A DNA stretch of 64,000 bases from Candidatus Poribacteria bacterium (GCA_964291315.2 OZ219753.1:2112001-2176000), one strand, 5' to 3'; shown: positions 1 through 10,010, counted from the first letter of the stretch. Translations and numbers: made by a program. The notes: a model not told the origin generated them from the sequence alone.

Positions 1-447
1 GCAGCTGTCCGGGCCTATAGTAAAGAGGCAGAGGATCTCAACGAGATAATAGGCTACTATCAAGGTCTGCTTGCAGATGGAAAATGGCAGCAGATCATAA
101 AAGTCACGAACAAATTTAATCTCAGCCTACTCTATGCGGAAGAAACAGGGGTGCTCCACGGTATCTTCGCTATGATTATCGACGACGAGAGCTGGAATTT
201 CGCAAATATCTACGGGGAGATTGATTTCCAAAAACTTGGGGTGCTATTTGGACGCGTTATAGCATCGAGTTCGGAAGTTGAAATGTCCAAGACGATTCGC
301 GATTGGGTAAGCATTCCAAATTCCCCGTGGGGTGCCGCGGAGATCGATCCAGAAAAGCATGACGAAACGCCAAAAGCAGAGTCTGAAACATGTGACGAAG
401 CCCTAGAATCAGAAACTGAGACAACTGACTCTTCGAATTCAAAATAA
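1..447 (+). CDS. DUF4252-like protein, 5'-truncated by window edge
   Basis: Frame is open from base 1 (AAVRAYSKE...KWQQIIKV...LHGIFAMI...FANIYGEID) and aligns by eye with the N-terminal domain of 460-1677 (YVRTYD...NWEVLVKI...VHGIFVIV...FVNMVGKI). Confidence 0.65.
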   Translation, partial: AAVRAYSKEAEDLNEIIGYYQGLLADGKWQQIIKVTNKFNLSLLYAEETGVLHGIFAMIIDDESWNFANIYGEIDFQKLGVLFGRVIASSSEVEMSKTIRDWVSIPNSPWGAAEIDPEKHDETPKAESETCDEALESETETTDSSNSK

Positions 448-459
448 GGAGTAAAACTG

Positions 460-1677
460 ATGAAACTTCAAAAGCACTGTGTCTTGTTATTCCTACTGTC
501 GTTTTTAGTTTCATCGCTAATACCGACGGAATCAGCAGTTGCACAACAAGAAGAACCTGACGAAACTGAGAGAAAGGGATTGATCCTCTTTGATCTTCCA
601 GGGGCACCTGAAGCAAAAGTTGAGGTTAACTTAACAGCAAAACTGATCAACCTAGTTACAGCAACGGTGGGCAATGCCCCGGAAGTTGCAGGGTTAATTC
701 AGATGCTAGATGGAATTTATGTCCGCACCTATGATAAGCTCATCAGCACTAAACACGGATTGGTTGACTACCTTCAGCAGAGGCTCAAGGAAGATAATTG
801 GGAGGTACTGGTGAAAATTAAGGAAGATAGTGAAGTTGTACAAATCAGCTTGCTATTTGATGAAGGTATGGTGCATGGAATTTTTGTGATCGTAAGTGAG
901 ACATCCGGAGAAGTGACCTTTGTCAATATGGTCGGAAAAATCGCGCCAGACCGGATCGAGGATTTACTGGGAAATATGAGCAATTTTGGCGTGAGGGGCA
1001 TCGATGTCGACACTGCGCTGAAGCCGCAGTCGATACACGGTTCAGATACAGTTCAGAGAGAGCTATTCGCTGTAAAGGTTGAAAAAGCTCCAATTATTGA
1101 TGGAGCCCTGGACGATGCATGTTGGAAAATTGCTCCTGAAACGAATAACTTCACGCAAGCGCGTGATGGAAATCCGGTTGAAGACGATACGACGGTGAAA
1201 CTAATTTATACAGACCAAGCTATCTACGTTGCATGGCAACTCTATGACAGCGAGGCCAATAAAATAGTTGCACGACAGAACCAAGACGGGGTAAGGTTTA
1301 GAATGACGGAAGATTGGGTTTCCTTCAGTATTGATCCTTTCCACACACACCAATTTGATAATCGCACCTTCTTCATGGCAAACCCGCTTGGCACAAGATT
1401 CGTCCGATCCCCCAAGAGTAAAGCAAACGAGACAGAATGGTTGGAGCAGTGGAATCTCGTCGCTAACATCAATGCATCTGGCTGGATTGTGGAAATGGAA
1501 ATTCCGTGGGAAATGCTAGACTACCCAGACACAGCCGAACCGATTCGGATGGGAATCAACTTTGATCGAGGGCAGGCACGAACAAGTATACGTTCTTGGT
1601 GGTCAAATTTAGGTGTTGAGGAAGCTTATGAAAATGACGGGCACTGGCTATATGTGTTACCGCCACGTCAGCAGTGA
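460..1677 (+). CDS. Secreted DUF4252-like domain fused to CBM9/DOMON-like sugar-binding domain
   Basis: RBS aaggag, signal peptide (AVA|Q); C-terminal half has PIIDGALDDACW, KLIYTDQAIYV, FMANPLG, GWIVEMEIPW, typical of CBM9-like domains. Confidence 0.7.
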   Translation: MKLQKHCVLLFLLSFLVSSLIPTESAVAQQEEPDETERKGLILFDLPGAPEAKVEVNLTAKLINLVTATVGNAPEVAGLIQMLDGIYVRTYDKLISTKHGLVDYLQQRLKEDNWEVLVKIKEDSEVVQISLLFDEGMVHGIFVIVSETSGEVTFVNMVGKIAPDRIEDLLGNMSNFGVRGIDVDTALKPQSIHGSDTVQRELFAVKVEKAPIIDGALDDACWKIAPETNNFTQARDGNPVEDDTTVKLIYTDQAIYVAWQLYDSEANKIVARQNQDGVRFRMTEDWVSFSIDPFHTHQFDNRTFFMANPLGTRFVRSPKSKANETEWLEQWNLVANINASGWIVEMEIPWEMLDYPDTAEPIRMGINFDRGQARTSIRSWWSNLGVEEAYENDGHWLYVLPPRQQ

Positions 1678-2048
1678 ACACTTATCAAATCCAGAATAAT
1701 GCAAGCGTGATAAATAATTCCGTATTTCTTTGTATAAATTGGTATAAGGCAGCAAAACTTCCTATATAAGTGATAGGGCGAAGAGTAAGGTAGACTTTCT
1801 TCATCCAAACGCACACACTTTTCGGATCTGATGAAAAAAAAGCTAAACTTTTCGGGCTGAAAGGTATATAATATATAAACAATAGGGACGAGCGCGAAGT
1901 TCGTCAGATATGAAAGCGCTGGGGGCTCTTCTACGAGACGCACCCCAGAGATGGAAAACGCACACGACAGAACAATCGGATAGCCAGCGAAGGCAAAAAT
2001 GAGTTACCTTCGGAAAGGCATCCACAGTGAAAATAAAGGAGAGAACAG

Positions 2049-3197
2049 ATGAAAAATAGATGGTTCCTTCTCGCTTGTTTAGCTGTCATCTTGGTCAGTA
2101 TTGCGCTAAGTTTCCCGTTGTGGACTCCCCGGCCGTCTGTCAATGTCTCTGATAGACCGCCGGAATCCGCCTCTGTGCCTATGGTCATTGAAGAGGCTGC
2201 TGTTACAGTTCCTGCGGACAGGGGGTCGGAAACAATGCTCGGAGACCTCTCTCCTCTTTTCAGTGGGACAGGGTCCTTTGAAGAGGCGCAGAAAAAGTAT
2301 CCCGATGTTCATCCGGTTGTTACTGTTTTTAAGTCCTTTCTCACCGATGAACAACTTCAAACGTTCTTTGCGATACCTGAAGTGAAACGTGTTCTTGAGA
2401 TCCTCGAATCTCCTGAATACACAGCGTTCATCACAACCGAACCAGCAACCACTAGAGAATGGGATGAATTCTGGGCAAAACATGGCATTATTCAAGACCC
2501 GGATCGTTTCCAGAAAGAATTCCGAGAGGTGTTTCCAACGGGTGAACCGGAAGACTTCGAGTTAGAGATGCGCCAAACCTTCGCTGACATTTTCAGAGAT
2601 GTGGATGCCAATGATATGATGGCAATTTTCAACAAGGCTCCGCAATTTCTTTCAGATCCGCGGAATCGCGCATGGATGAATGCCTATTTTGACAGAAAAG
2701 ATAGGGACTTCGAGGCGTGGGCAGCAAATATCTTGGAAAATCTCAGTGCGAATCTTCGAGAAGCGTCTTCCGCCGAAGACGCTTTCTTGGAAGACGCTAT
2801 CTTAAGGCAGCTCCCCTCGCCAGACCGAAACGTTGATGTTCCCTCAGCCGCTGACACACACGGGGCATCAGAGGTTCCGACGCAACAGGCGGACGAGAAG
2901 ATGCCCGTCGAGACAGCATCCGCAACGCCGAACAGCGAACCCGACGCTCCCGACGCGATAGATATCAACAACCTTCTGACCGACGACAGCCTCGACGCTC
3001 TGTTTGCTGAAGACCGTCTCGAAACACTGTTGAAACAACGCTTGAACGCAAAAACGTTTTCAACCGAAGACGTGCAGCGTGCCTTGGCGGTCTTAGATCG
3101 CTACGGGCCTAAAGAAGGCCTCCGTAGACTCCGAGAAACAGATCCGGAAGTCGCCTCACAGATTGAAGGCTTCCTCCGACAACGACAGGAGAATTAG
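2049..3197 (+). CDS. Hypothetical membrane-anchored/secreted acidic helical protein
   Basis: 382-aa ORF, RBS aaggag, hydrophobic N-terminus, C-terminal LDRYGPKEGLRRLRETDPEVA motif. Confidence 0.75.
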   Translation: MKNRWFLLACLAVILVSIALSFPLWTPRPSVNVSDRPPESASVPMVIEEAAVTVPADRGSETMLGDLSPLFSGTGSFEEAQKKYPDVHPVVTVFKSFLTDEQLQTFFAIPEVKRVLEILESPEYTAFITTEPATTREWDEFWAKHGIIQDPDRFQKEFREVFPTGEPEDFELEMRQTFADIFRDVDANDMMAIFNKAPQFLSDPRNRAWMNAYFDRKDRDFEAWAANILENLSANLREASSAEDAFLEDAILRQLPSPDRNVDVPSAADTHGASEVPTQQADEKMPVETASATPNSEPDAPDAIDINNLLTDDSLDALFAEDRLETLLKQRLNAKTFSTEDVQRALAVLDRYGPKEGLRRLRETDPEVASQIEGFLRQRQEN

Positions 3198-3200
3198 GTC

Positions 3201-4043
3201 ATGAAGACTACAACACACTTTACCTATAGTATTCTCGCTCTTGCTGTGTTTTTATTTTCCTTGCCGAATGTTGACGGACAGCAGGAAGAGTTCAAAAATG
3301 TTTTCCCGAATGTGAAAGCGTTCGCAACCCCAACCTTCGAGATTTCGGAGCCGACGCAGCTTCAGACAGAGACGTTTGCTCTGCTAAACGCCTCTTTTCC
3401 CGGAGAGATGCTCGATCCGAAGTTCACAACGCTCCGAGCAGTCTCTACAAGTGAGGCGTATCTCACCTACCTCGGAGAAGCATATCCAGAGGTCCCCCGT
3501 TTCAAGACGCTGGCGGCATTCATAGAGAGGGGCGGTGCTACAAGACAACGATACTTCCCCTTCTTTGCCGTCTTTCTTGACTTCAAGAAGGTAGAGGACA
3601 TCCCCGAGGCGGATCACCTGGCGGTTCATCTGTTAGCCAATTCGTTCTGGAAATCGGGGGCTCGTGAACTTCAGGGTGAGGAGTTTCACGACCCGTATGT
3701 TTTTTTACAGCCTGAAGTCCAATCCTGGCTGAAAAAAAATGGCATAGAAATGTTTGAGGCAGAGAGATCTTCCAGCTTTCAGCATTTCTTTCAGAGCTTC
3801 GTGGGAACACTGTTTTCCTTGCGCGGCCTGGTTGACGCGAATCAAGAAGCCGATGCCGCTCTCGTGAAAACGTTTTATCAAAGGCACGGCGTTAATAAGG
3901 GGCTCTTATGGCTTGCCATCCAAGAACCCCTCTTGTTTGGAAGAATCCTTGACGGATTTACAGAGATGGCGGTTTTTAGAAAATGGTCCGAAGGCGAGCC
4001 CTCTGACACCTCTACCGAAGCGGCACCCGCAGGCAAAAAATGA
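3201..4043 (+). CDS. Hypothetical secreted protein, co-transcribed with 2049-3197
   Basis: 280-aa ORF 3 nt after the upstream stop, RBS aggag, signal peptide. Confidence 0.75.
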   Translation: MKTTTHFTYSILALAVFLFSLPNVDGQQEEFKNVFPNVKAFATPTFEISEPTQLQTETFALLNASFPGEMLDPKFTTLRAVSTSEAYLTYLGEAYPEVPRFKTLAAFIERGGATRQRYFPFFAVFLDFKKVEDIPEADHLAVHLLANSFWKSGARELQGEEFHDPYVFLQPEVQSWLKKNGIEMFEAERSSSFQHFFQSFVGTLFSLRGLVDANQEADAALVKTFYQRHGVNKGLLWLAIQEPLLFGRILDGFTEMAVFRKWSEGEPSDTSTEAAPAGKK

Positions 4044-4156
4044 TGAAGCGGCGCGGTCGCGTGGCGGTATCAACATGCACCTACTAGCGAAACTCTCTCG
4101 GCATTATAATGAGAAGAGTACGGTGGAAACCAAAAAACGAACACCAACGTACAGAA

Positions 4157-4199
4157 ACACCCGAACGGCAAGCGTTTGCTAGGCGTTCGGGTGTCTTTT
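4157..4199 (+). terminator. Intrinsic terminator
   Basis: ACACCCGAACG...CGTTCGGGTGT 11-bp stem followed by CTTTT. Confidence 0.65.
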
Positions 4200-4202
4200 A
4201 TC

Positions 4203-4394
4203 TTAGTCGTTCTCCTCTCGTTTTTCGATGCCTTGTTGAAGGTGTGTTGCTATCTCGGGGTCTGTTGCTTTGTTGAGGCATCGGATGCCCTCCGTTGATC
4301 CGTAGCCTTTCAGGGTTTGCAGGGCAGCGTTCATTCGCTGTGGTGAAAAACCCGGGCATAGCAATAAGCCGGGAAGCTTGCCATAAAAACGCAT
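4203..4394 (-). pseudogene. C-terminal remnant of a paralog of 2049-3197
   Basis: FSPQRMNAALQTLKGYGSTEGIRCLNKATDPEIA...REEND aligns with FSTEDVQRALAVLDRYGPKEGLRRLRETDPEVA...RQEN. Confidence 0.7.
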
Positions 4395-4446
4395 GCTCTA
4401 TTCTCTCATGTTTTCCATAATCCATCTCACGTTGGTTGTTTCCGGA

Positions 4447-7400
4447 TTACGTGTAAGGTCCGGGTGACCCAGAGTCTAAAGATAATGCCGGCAAGCTCTT
4501 AACAATTTCTACTGTTTTTAGACTGACAGTGATAACGCGCGCCACTAAATCCACAATATACCGCGGCGCATCCGCACAATTCGGATCGTTGACCAACCCA
4601 CTCCGACTGTGCGTCTTCACACGATACTGATCTATCACCCACTCCAACGCCGAACGAGTGCCTAACCGATACGCAAACGCCTCGGCAGGAATGCCCTCCA
4701 ACGTCAAGAAGTGGTTATATTTCAAATGTGTTTTGTCTTTGGACAACTTCATCTTCTCGACGCACCAATCTACGGGGGTGTCAGGCGTTTCTCTGTATTT
4801 CAACGGGAACTTCTGTGCGGTTTCGTAGTTGATGTGCAGCTCCGCAAGCTGTGCCCCTGCGGTAGCGAACGCCCAGAAGTCTGTCGCGAACGGCATATGC
4901 GGCAGATCGCGCTTGAGGTTCGCCTCGTATCTCTCTCGATAGTCAGAGTGATGCAGGAGTCCATAGGTGTAGTGGAAGATGTCCCACTTGCTGATGGCAT
5001 CGTCCTTGTAGTGAGAGCGGGATTCAGATAGTGCCCAATCGGTGATATTTTCGCGGCGGTTTGTGCCGTCTTCGTCGTAGATGTAGAACGGAAAACATTG
5101 GGTTTTTTCGAGAACATCACAGGAAGGAATCATATCTGCAGCTAATAATTGAAAAGGTTTGTTACTTCCGATGCCACTAACACAAATGACCCGATTTTCT
5201 GATTCAGTCTCGGATGTCGGGAATATCCGATGCTGCTGATAACGTCTTTCGTTCCAAAAGTGATCAAAGTAGAAATATTGTTGACAAAATGGGCGATACA
5301 ATGCCTTCCGAAAGTGCCCCTCTTCATAGGTGTTTGACGCTAAGTTTTTCAACGATGCCTTGACCCGATGACTCCACTTGATGCGCGGATCGGTTGTATA
5401 AATGAAATGTTCAATCGGGGCGGTCGGATCATGCCTACGCTTCCGGTCAACTGCGGTGTTGTATATTTCAATAAAAGTGCGGACGCGCTCTTGTAGCAAT
5501 GTCAGATCAGAAGCATACACCAAACTATCCCTGCTGGTAACAACACCGTAGGAATACAGACTAAAAATTGCAGGTCCATCCCCGTTCTTCTTGCTTTTTA
5601 CTGCTTTGCTGCCTATGGGGATGAAGGTTTCAAATTCGGGATGGAGTCCCTCGGTGAGCCATGCGTGGCGTGCATCGGGTTCAATAGGCTGCCACGCAAC
5701 CCCACCCGCATGCCGGCATTTATTCAGAAACACAAACTTCTGCTCTCTATTCCACATCTCATCTGTGCGATAGTAATAGATGCACGGTTTCTCTGATGAA
5801 CGTTCTCTATTTTTCACGAATAGATTGATACTCACGCCTACCCGAATGCCGAACACGTTGGCACTTGAGACCTTTAATCCCTTCCGGGCATTTCCGCCTA
5901 AGTCGAGTATGTAAATCGCATGGAAGTCTTCCGCAAGGTGCTTTCGCACCCCATCAAACGCTATGCCGTCGAGAAAACTGTTATTCGTTATCAGAGCCAC
6001 AACGCCCTCTACACCAATCCTGTCCGATGCCCAGCGGATCGCCTTCACATATGGATCATAGAGCTTATTCCGCAACGTGGCTGTGGAGTCTTTCACATAC
6101 GTCTCCGCAACCCGTGCGGCCATGAGCGGATACTTCCGGTTCTTATTGTTGTCGTTCTCATTCGCCTGCCCCATGTTATAGGGCGGGTTGCCGATCACCA
6201 CGAACATGTCCGCTGACTTCTGCCGCTTCACGCGCTCTGTGTTTTCACGCGTGAAGAGCTGTCCCTGCTCCTGCTCAAGCAGCTCGAACGTATCCGCTAG
6301 CACGATACCCTCAAACGGCAGATACGCACCTGTCCGACGAAAATACTCCTGCTCGATGTTCAGGCTCGCAATGTAGTAGGGCAACAGCATCACCTCGTTG
6401 CAGTGCAGCTCCTCGCGGTATTTTGTCTCGAGTGCCGTGCCTTGAATGTCGTGCATCAACCGCACGATAAAGTTGCCCGTGCCGACAAACGGGTCGATGA
6501 TATGCACACCGCTATCCGACAGCGAACGGCCAAACTCTGTCTCTAATAGATGCTGTACGCTGTTGACCATGAAATCTACGATCGGCTGCGGCGTGTAGAC
6601 GATGCCGTGTGTGTCCGCTACATCCTCCGAGAACCCTTGAAAAAACTTCTCATAGAACGTATTGAGGAAGCTCTGCTTCTGTGAGAAGTCTTTGCAGAGT
6701 GCCGCCGCCTGCTCAATAGCGCTGTAGAAACGATCTAGAGGTTCCAGAAACACATCTCGACTCACCGCATGCCGCATCAGCGCACTACTCACGTTCTCTA
6801 TCTCAACAGCGATAATGTTTCGGCTCGTGAAGTCCGACCGGCTGAAAACTGTTCGAAAAATGCGTTCGGTGAGGATATGTTGGATCAGCATCTCCTCCAC
6901 GGCATCGCGTGAGAGCTCGGGGTTGATCGTCGTGCGGCAGGTCTCATAGAAGTTAGCGAACGCCGTTTGGAATGCCGTATCCACCGCGTGTCGCTGGTTA
7001 ATGAGCTCTTTCAACTTGCCTGCAAGAGCCGGCACATGTTCTTTGAAGTCGTTGACAGCCGATTGCCAATTTTCCAATGCCGGCGGCAGATAAGCGAACA
7101 GACCTTCAAGAGCAGCGATCAGAGAGACCGGCGCAGTAATGTCTACATCGAGCACCTCTGCTCCGTTCTGATACAAAATCGCGCGCTGTGGGTTCTGGAA
7201 CAGGATGTTGTCGAGCGGATACCCCGCCGCGCGTTTCTCCTCAACGGCCTTAGGGAGATCGTCATCAATATCTTTTGCCTCCCAATAGGCGAGTGGCAGG
7301 CTGTATTCGTCCAAGATTGCGCCGTCAATGACGATGCGGTTTCCGTTGGGTGCGTGCATCTGATACTGCGGGATGAGCGTCGCTTTCATCTGCTTCGCGC

Positions 7401-7533
7401 AGACGTGCAGGAGTGTCTCGAAGGGAGAGCTCACTGCGCCTTCATGTGTGATGTTGTGCTGGTTGTATGCCTGTAGCGTGGCATAATAGTCGCGGATCGA
7501 TTTGTGGGTGGTTTTGAGTTTGAGTTCTGACAT
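4447..7533 (-). CDS. Single-chain restriction-modification enzyme (nuclease + N6-adenine MTase + type ISP-like C-terminal specificity region, no helicase)
   Basis: PD-(D/E)xK-like IDG...YWEAK; GIVYTPQPIVDFM; motif I IIDPFVGTGNF; motif IV VIGNPPY; ISP-type YRPF and SALEWVIDQY. Start placed at ATG 7533 because a promoter lies directly upstream (ORF track extends to 7605). Confidence 0.8.
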   Translation of the reverse strand: MSELKLKTTHKSIRDYYATLQAYNQHNITHEGAVSSPFETLLHVCAKQMKATLIPQYQMHAPNGNRIVIDGAILDEYSLPLAYWEAKDIDDDLPKAVEEKRAAGYPLDNILFQNPQRAILYQNGAEVLDVDITAPVSLIAALEGLFAYLPPALENWQSAVNDFKEHVPALAGKLKELINQRHAVDTAFQTAFANFYETCRTTINPELSRDAVEEMLIQHILTERIFRTVFSRSDFTSRNIIAVEIENVSSALMRHAVSRDVFLEPLDRFYSAIEQAAALCKDFSQKQSFLNTFYEKFFQGFSEDVADTHGIVYTPQPIVDFMVNSVQHLLETEFGRSLSDSGVHIIDPFVGTGNFIVRLMHDIQGTALETKYREELHCNEVMLLPYYIASLNIEQEYFRRTGAYLPFEGIVLADTFELLEQEQGQLFTRENTERVKRQKSADMFVVIGNPPYNMGQANENDNNKNRKYPLMAARVAETYVKDSTATLRNKLYDPYVKAIRWASDRIGVEGVVALITNNSFLDGIAFDGVRKHLAEDFHAIYILDLGGNARKGLKVSSANVFGIRVGVSINLFVKNRERSSEKPCIYYYRTDEMWNREQKFVFLNKCRHAGGVAWQPIEPDARHAWLTEGLHPEFETFIPIGSKAVKSKKNGDGPAIFSLYSYGVVTSRDSLVYASDLTLLQERVRTFIEIYNTAVDRKRRHDPTAPIEHFIYTTDPRIKWSHRVKASLKNLASNTYEEGHFRKALYRPFCQQYFYFDHFWNERRYQQHRIFPTSETESENRVICVSGIGSNKPFQLLAADMIPSCDVLEKTQCFPFYIYDEDGTNRRENITDWALSESRSHYKDDAISKWDIFHYTYGLLHHSDYRERYEANLKRDLPHMPFATDFWAFATAGAQLAELHINYETAQKFPLKYRETPDTPVDWCVEKMKLSKDKTHLKYNHFLTLEGIPAEAFAYRLGTRSALEWVIDQYRVKTHSRSGLVNDPNCADAPRYIVDLVARVITVSLKTVEIVKSLPALSLDSGSPGPYT

Positions 7534-7539
7534 ACGCAT

Positions 7540-7568
7540 ATGATAGCAGATCTCGGAACGGAGAGCAA
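7540..7568 (-). promoter_or_regulatory. Sigma70 promoter, probably leaderless transcript of the RM gene
   Basis: Minus strand TTGCTC-N17-TATCAT with extended -10 TG; ATG 7533 is 7 nt downstream and has no RBS. Confidence 0.55.
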
Positions 7569-7869
7569 CAAGAAAAGCAGGGCTGTTAGAGGCATACGGA
7601 TGCACGACTAACGGCGTGTGCTATAAAACGAAGAAGATGCGCGGACTAACAGTCTATGCTACAAAAGATTCGCTCTCAATCTGTTTTCGAACTCCCGCTA
7701 AAGATAACCGCATGTCCAAATGCCTACTTATAATTAATTCAAATCGACAGGCATTGTTAGTCCTATTTATATGTATATCTGTTTGTTTCTCAGGACATGC
7801 CTAATTCTTTTCAACCGAGCTCGACATAATTAATGTGGTAAGCTCCTAACTCAAGGAGTATCGTTTTTT

Positions 7870-7898
7870 TTGCATTCTACACATGCGCGTGTTATAAT
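7870..7898 (+). promoter_or_regulatory. Sigma70 promoter of the atp operon
   Basis: TTGCAT-N17-TATAAT with extended -10 TG. Confidence 0.7.
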
Positions 7899-7947
7899 AT
7901 ATAGCGTTGATTAATGAGAGAAATCTGTTCCCAGACAATTTTCATTT

Positions 7948-8256
7948 ATGAGGGTGTCTATCATGTTTAAAAGTCGGAGAGACCAATTCAAACATGAAAA
8001 TGTGGGGATGTTTGACCTCGCTTCCATCGGAATAATGCTTGTGCTTGCTATTTGTATCGGCTATTTCGGAGGTAAATGGATCGGAGGAAAGTTCGGCAAT
8101 GCAGCAATAGGATCCTATATCGGGTTTGCCCTTGGGGTCGCTTCGGGATTCATGGAAATGTTTCGTTCGGTTGCGCGTTGGAATCGGCGGCATGAAAGTC
8201 AGAAAAAAGGACATCGCTCTACCTCAGAACAAACACAGGACCCTGAAAAGAGATAA
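7948..8256 (+). CDS. atpZ: AtpZ/AtpI (ATPase gene 1) family membrane protein
   Basis: Two Gly-rich TM helices (IGYFGGKWIG, IGFALGVASGF); first gene of atp operon; real start may be the ATG at 7963. Confidence 0.75.
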   Translation: MRVSIMFKSRRDQFKHENVGMFDLASIGIMLVLAICIGYFGGKWIGGKFGNAAIGSYIGFALGVASGFMEMFRSVARWNRRHESQKKGHRSTSEQTQDPEKR

Positions 8257-8320
8257 TACCGGAGATTGGGAAATTTCAGCGAATGTGATTTGCCGTTATC
8301 TTGACAAAGGAGTCTCATAG

Positions 8321-8728
8321 ATGGGGCCCGTTTTGGAAATTGGTGACCGATTTATCCGTCAGGTTTATGTTTTGACAATTTGCTTGACCGTAGGTATTGC
8401 TGCAGGGTTGCTGGTATTCAGACGCCCGGCGCTCCCGAGCTTCTTAATCGGTAGTGCTATCAGCCTTAGCCTATTCTGGTCGATCGAATTTGTTGTTCGG
8501 CGACTTGTCCAGCCCGGAAAAACAAAGAGTACAAAGTATCTATTAGGCTCTATTGCCCTTAGCAAATACATAGTCCTCGGAGGACTACTCTACCTCTTGT
8601 TTAAAATGGAGTGGATGAATATTTACGCATTTACTGCGGGGATTGCTTTAACCCAAGGTGCTATTATTATTAAAGCGATGGGCCTGTTAGTGTCTGTTTG
8701 GACCAGTAAAGATTCTGATCAGCCGTGA
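8321..8728 (+). CDS. atpI: ATP synthase protein I
   Basis: Four TM helices, RBS aaggag, directly upstream of atpB. Confidence 0.75.
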   Translation: MGPVLEIGDRFIRQVYVLTICLTVGIAAGLLVFRRPALPSFLIGSAISLSLFWSIEFVVRRLVQPGKTKSTKYLLGSIALSKYIVLGGLLYLLFKMEWMNIYAFTAGIALTQGAIIIKAMGLLVSVWTSKDSDQP

Positions 8729-8806
8729 GGTTGAGTTTCAAACCGACTTTAAACTGAAAAGTGTCCAAAATACCGCTGCTGCATTTGCGAAAATTGATAA
8801 CATAAT

Positions 8807-9637
8807 ATGAAAAAACTATCGTTTATCTGCTCGGTTGCCGGCCTCAATCTAGCAACAGTAACGGGGAGTTTCGCAGCCGAAAACGGTCACCGTACTTGGC
8901 TCTATCCGATTTCAAAGATCTTACCTGATGGGATCGTCCCGGAGCCCGGGCGATGGCATCAACCGGACCTGATTCCAAATACATACTTTGTAGTTCTCAT
9001 CTTAGCGTTGTTTTTCATTTTTGTAACTCGAAAGTTGAAACGCTTGCCCGAAGGAAACGGGCAAACACTTTTAGAAGTGTTTGTCGGGGGCATAATGGAC
9101 TTTTTCGGGAATATTTTAGGCGATCACGGCAAAAAGTATGTTCCTTTCGTTGGCTCCCTCTTTATCTTTATTCTTTCACTAAACTATCTCGGATTGACTC
9201 CAGGCTTTCAAGCCCCAACGGCAGATTTGAATACGACGCTCGCCCTCGGTATAACGGCTGTGTTAGGCGTTCAAATTATTGCTATTAAAGAGAATGGGAT
9301 AGGCGGTTATCTTAAACATCTAATGGGTACCCCCGCGTGGTTGGGGGTTTTGATGTTCCCGATCGAAGTCATCGCGCAGTTATCGCGAGCCGGTTCACTT
9401 GCACTTCGCCTTTTTGGCAACATTTTCGGTGAAGAATCGGTAATTGTTGAGTTAACAAAACTAGGTTTGATTGTTTTGATTGCCGGTGTCGTACCGATCA
9501 TTCCTGTTCAAGTGCCAATGCTGTTTTTTGGCTTGTTCAGCGGCTTTTTGCAGGCGTTTGTTTTCACCCTCTTAACATCTATCTACATCGTGCTGTTCAT
9601 AGAACACGGAGAAGAAGCGCATGAAGCGCTTCACTAA
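8807..9637 (+). CDS. atpB: F0 ATP synthase subunit a
   Basis: PTADLNTTLAL, SLALRLFGNIFG with essential Arg, LQAFVFTLLTSIYI. Confidence 0.97.
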   Translation: MKKLSFICSVAGLNLATVTGSFAAENGHRTWLYPISKILPDGIVPEPGRWHQPDLIPNTYFVVLILALFFIFVTRKLKRLPEGNGQTLLEVFVGGIMDFFGNILGDHGKKYVPFVGSLFIFILSLNYLGLTPGFQAPTADLNTTLALGITAVLGVQIIAIKENGIGGYLKHLMGTPAWLGVLMFPIEVIAQLSRAGSLALRLFGNIFGEESVIVELTKLGLIVLIAGVVPIIPVQVPMLFFGLFSGFLQAFVFTLLTSIYIVLFIEHGEEAHEALH

Positions 9638-9643
9638 TTTCGT

Positions 9644-9664
9644 GGGGCAGGTACAAACTGCCCC
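9644..9664 (+). promoter_or_regulatory. Intergenic hairpin upstream of atpE
   Basis: GGGGCAG-gtacaaa-CTGCCCC, no U tract. Confidence 0.5.
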
Positions 9665-9688
9665 TTATCTGTCCAAGGAGGACATTTT

Positions 9689-9994
9689 ATGATTTACCTA
9701 GCAGTGTTTGCGTTCGGCGTAACTTTAGGATTGCCGATCGCTGTTATCTTTGCCTCAAGAGCACAAAGCAATGCGACCAGTACAGCTCTTGAGGGTATCG
9801 CACGTCAACCCGAATCTGCGCCGCAGATCCAAACCGCGATGATTATTGGTTTAGCGCTCATTGAATCGCTTGTTATTTACGCTCTCCTAATGTTCCTTAT
9901 GTTACAGGCAAAGCTTCCGGAAGGTGAAATGCTCAGAGAGATGATTGATGCAGACGCGAAACGAGTCGTAACAGATGTGAGAAACGGAAATTAA
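9689..9994 (+). CDS. atpE: F0 ATP synthase subunit c
   Basis: ARQPE loop, LIESLVIY with ion-binding Glu, strong RBS aaggagg. Confidence 0.95.
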   Translation: MIYLAVFAFGVTLGLPIAVIFASRAQSNATSTALEGIARQPESAPQIQTAMIIGLALIESLVIYALLMFLMLQAKLPEGEMLREMIDADAKRVVTDVRNGN

Positions 9995-10010
9995 ATAACT
10001 TCTGAACTAA

